From positions 1 to 36,259 of the forward strand of contig DASRUS010000237.1 of the NCBI GenBank assembly GCA_035687825.1: a stretch of 36,259 nucleotides of DNA. The letters are read 5' to 3'. Position 1 is the first letter of the stretch, and each line of letters starts with the position of its first letter. Source of the DNA: Myxococcota bacterium (GTDB lineage: Bacteria > Myxococcota_A > UBA9160 > DASRUS01). Both the position numbers and the translations under genes were made by a program. Below the pieces are notes generated by a model. That model ran no database searches. It was not told where the DNA came from and worked only from the letters and a program-made list of their open reading frames with translations. Below, one piece after another: positions 34,564 through 36,259 of the stretch.

Positions 34564-36259
34564 TCAATCCTGCTCGTCGAAGCGACCCGGGTAGAGCGGG
34601 AAGCGCCGGCACAGCGCCTCGACCTCGGCGCGGATCGCGTCGAGCGACTCGAGGTCCCCCGGGCGCTCCAGCCCGCGCGCCACGAGCTCCGCGATCCCCC
34701 GCATCTCCGTCTCGCGCATGCCGCGCGTGGTGACCGCGGGCGTGCCGAGGCGCAGGCCCGACGTGACCGCGGGCTTGCGCGGGTCGAAGGGCACCATGTT
34801 CTTGTTCGTGGTGATGCCCGCGCGCTCCAGCGCGATCTGCGCGGCCTTGCCGGTCGTGTCGCGGTCCGCGAGCGAGAGCAGGAACAGGTGCGTGTCCGTC
34901 CCGCCCGACACCACCTTGAAGCCACGTCCGGAGAGCGCCGCGGCGAGCGCGCGCGCGTTCGCGAGGACCTGGGCGCAGTAGTCGCGGAACGAGGGCTCGA
35001 GGGCCTCGCGGAAGGCCACGGCCTTGGCGGCGATCACGTGCATGAGGGGGCCGCCCTGCCCGCCCGGGAAGACCGCGCTGTCCACCCGCTTGGCCCAGTC
35101 CGCGTCGCACAGGATCATGCCGCCGCGCGGGCCGCGCAGCGTCTTGTGCGTCGTGGTCGAGATGAGCTGGGCGCGGCCCACCGGCGTCGGGTGCAGCCCC
35201 GTCGCCACCAGGCCCGCGACGTGCGCGATGTCGGCAAAAAGCACCGCGCCCACCTCGTCGGCGATCGCGCGGAAGCGGTCGAAGTCCAGCACGCGCGAGT
35301 ACGCGGTGGTCCCGCACTGGATGAGCTTCGGGCGGTGCTCGCGCGCGAGGGCGTCGAGCTCGTCGTAGTCGATGGTCTCGGTGTCGCGCCGCACCCCGTA
35401 CGGGATCACGCGGTAGAGCTGGCCCGAGAAGTTCACGGGGCTGCCGTGCGTCAGATGCCCGCCGTGGTCGAGGTTCATCGCGAGGATCGTGTCGCCGACG
35501 TCCAGCGCCGCGCGGTACACGCACTCGTTCGCCTGGGACCCGGAGTGCGGCTGCACGTTCACGTGGTCGGCGCCGAAGAGCTGCTTGGCCCGGGCGATGG
35601 CGAGGTTCTCCACCTCGTCCACCACCTCGCAGCCGCCGTAGTAGCGCCGGCCGGGATAGCCCTCGGCGTACTTGTTGGTGAGCACCGAGCCCGTGGCCTC
35701 GAGCACCGCCTCGGAGACGAAGTTCTCCGACGCGATGAGCTCGAGGCCGTACGCCTGACGGCGCGCCTCGGCGCGCAGCCGGCGGGCGATCTCGGGATCG
35801 GCCTGCGCCAGGGCGGAGCCCCCGAGCTCGGCGCGCCAGGCGTCGCGCGCCGCCGCGTCGATCTTCGCCACGCGCGGGGCGTGACGTCCGCCCTCGAAGG
35901 GCGTCGTGAGCCACGCCTCCACGATCTTCCACGCCGTCTCGGGATCCAGGCGATCGCCGGAGAGCGCGAGCACGTTCGCGTCGTTGTGCTTGCGCGAGAG
36001 CACCGCGGCCTCGACGTCCTGCACGGCGGCCGCGCGCACCCGCGGGAAGCGGTTCGCGGCGTAGGCGACGCCGAGGCCCGAGCCGCAGATCACGATGGCG
36101 CGCGCGGCGCGCCCCGAGGAGACCGCCTCGGCCGCGGGCGCGACGAAGTCGGGATAGTCCACCGCCTCCGTCGAGAAGGGCCCGTGGTCGTGCACGTCGA
36201 AGCCGGCCTTCGCGAGCCGCTCGGCGAGGGTCTGCTTCAGGGCGAAGCCGCGGTGGTCG
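34564..36259 (-). CDS. glyA: Single open frame encoding ribose-5-phosphate isomerase B (RpiB/LacAB) fused to serine hydroxymethyltransferase; the 5' end is outside the window
   Basis: The frame is open from the window edge ([27 protein letters not shown]...). It runs through the RpiB motifs ([36 protein letters not shown]) directly into SHMT ([49 protein letters not shown]). No stop codon separates them. Confidence 0.9.
   Translation of the reverse strand, partial: DHRGFALKQTLAERLAKAGFDVHDHGPFSTEAVDYPDFVAPAAEAVSSGRAARAIVICGSGLGVAYAANRFPRVRAAAVQDVEAAVLSRKHNDANVLALSGDRLDPETAWKIVEAWLTTPFEGGRHAPRVAKIDAAARDAWRAELGGSALAQADPEIARRLRAEARRQAYGLELIASENFVSEAVLEATGSVLTNKYAEGYPGRRYYGGCEVVDEVENLAIARAKQLFGADHVNVQPHSGSQANECVYRAALDVGDTILAMNLDHGGHLTHGSPVNFSGQLYRVIPYGVRRDTETIDYDELDALAREHRPKLIQCGTTAYSRVLDFDRFRAIADEVGAVLFADIAHVAGLVATGLHPTPVGRAQLISTTTHKTLRGPRGGMILCDADWAKRVDSAVFPGGQGGPLMHVIAAKAVAFREALEPSFRDYCAQVLANARALAAALSGRGFKVVSGGTDTHLFLLSLADRDTTGKAAQIALERAGITTNKNMVPFDPRKPAVTSGLRLGTPAVTTRGMRETEMRGIAELVARGLERPGDLESLDAIRAEVEALCRRFPLYPGRFDEQD

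Noticed and set aside
1-36259. A search for mobile elements, CRISPR arrays, rRNA or tRNA genes, integrases and toxin-antitoxin or defence genes.
   Set aside because: Every stretch longer than about 400 nt is accounted for by a gene with a recognisable family or plausible composition. I saw no terminal inverted repeats, spaced direct-repeat arrays or transposase/integrase motifs.

Overview
This is a very GC-rich bacterial chromosomal segment, roughly 70-75 % G+C by eye, with codon position 3 almost always G/C. The GC content and the DUF4388/TPR/multi-che gene content fit Myxococcota, possibly Anaeromyxobacter-like; that is inference, not a search result. I can support 31 protein-coding genes, 30 on the minus strand and only rpsT on the plus strand. 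Reading right to left in transcription order, the blocks are as follows. (1) rpiB-glyA (one fused ORF), nrdR, ribD, ribH, nusB, a stand-alone peptidase-M17-N-like protein, and a DUF4388/pseudo-receiver/GAF protein. (2) After a 396-nt spacer, a 12-gene chemosensory cluster: cheY-cheA-cheW-cheW-mcp-[Zn-ribbon+receiver]-[HEAT repeat]-cheR-cheB-[coiled-coil GAF]-cheY. (3) lptE-holA, convergent with rpsT. (4) A TPR/zinc-ribbon polytopic membrane protein with a DUF4388 protein. (5) phoH(ybeZ)-ybeY-lnt-prfB-lysS-lolC/E-lolD. (6) bamA, cut by the window edge. I found no rRNA, tRNA, CRISPR array, IS element or transposase. The long plus-strand ORFs in the track are Arg/Ala/Pro/Gly-rich shadow ORFs antisense to clearly homologous genes. 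The most notable observations are listed here.
- The che cluster carries four non-canonical passenger genes.
- A 59-bp fragment of the MCP coding sequence (57/59 identical) is repeated in the cheY-lptE spacer.
- rpiB and glyA form one in-frame fusion.
- The conserved PhoH N-terminus lies upstream of any ATG/GTG/TTG; only a CTG with a Shine-Dalgarno (SD) sequence is available.
- The LolC/E permease has a roughly 170-aa polytopic N-terminal extension.
- prfB has the classical +1 frameshift site.
- GTGA/ATGA 4-nt stop/start overlaps are pervasive.
Nothing here can be proven novel without database searches, so all novelty statements are hypotheses.
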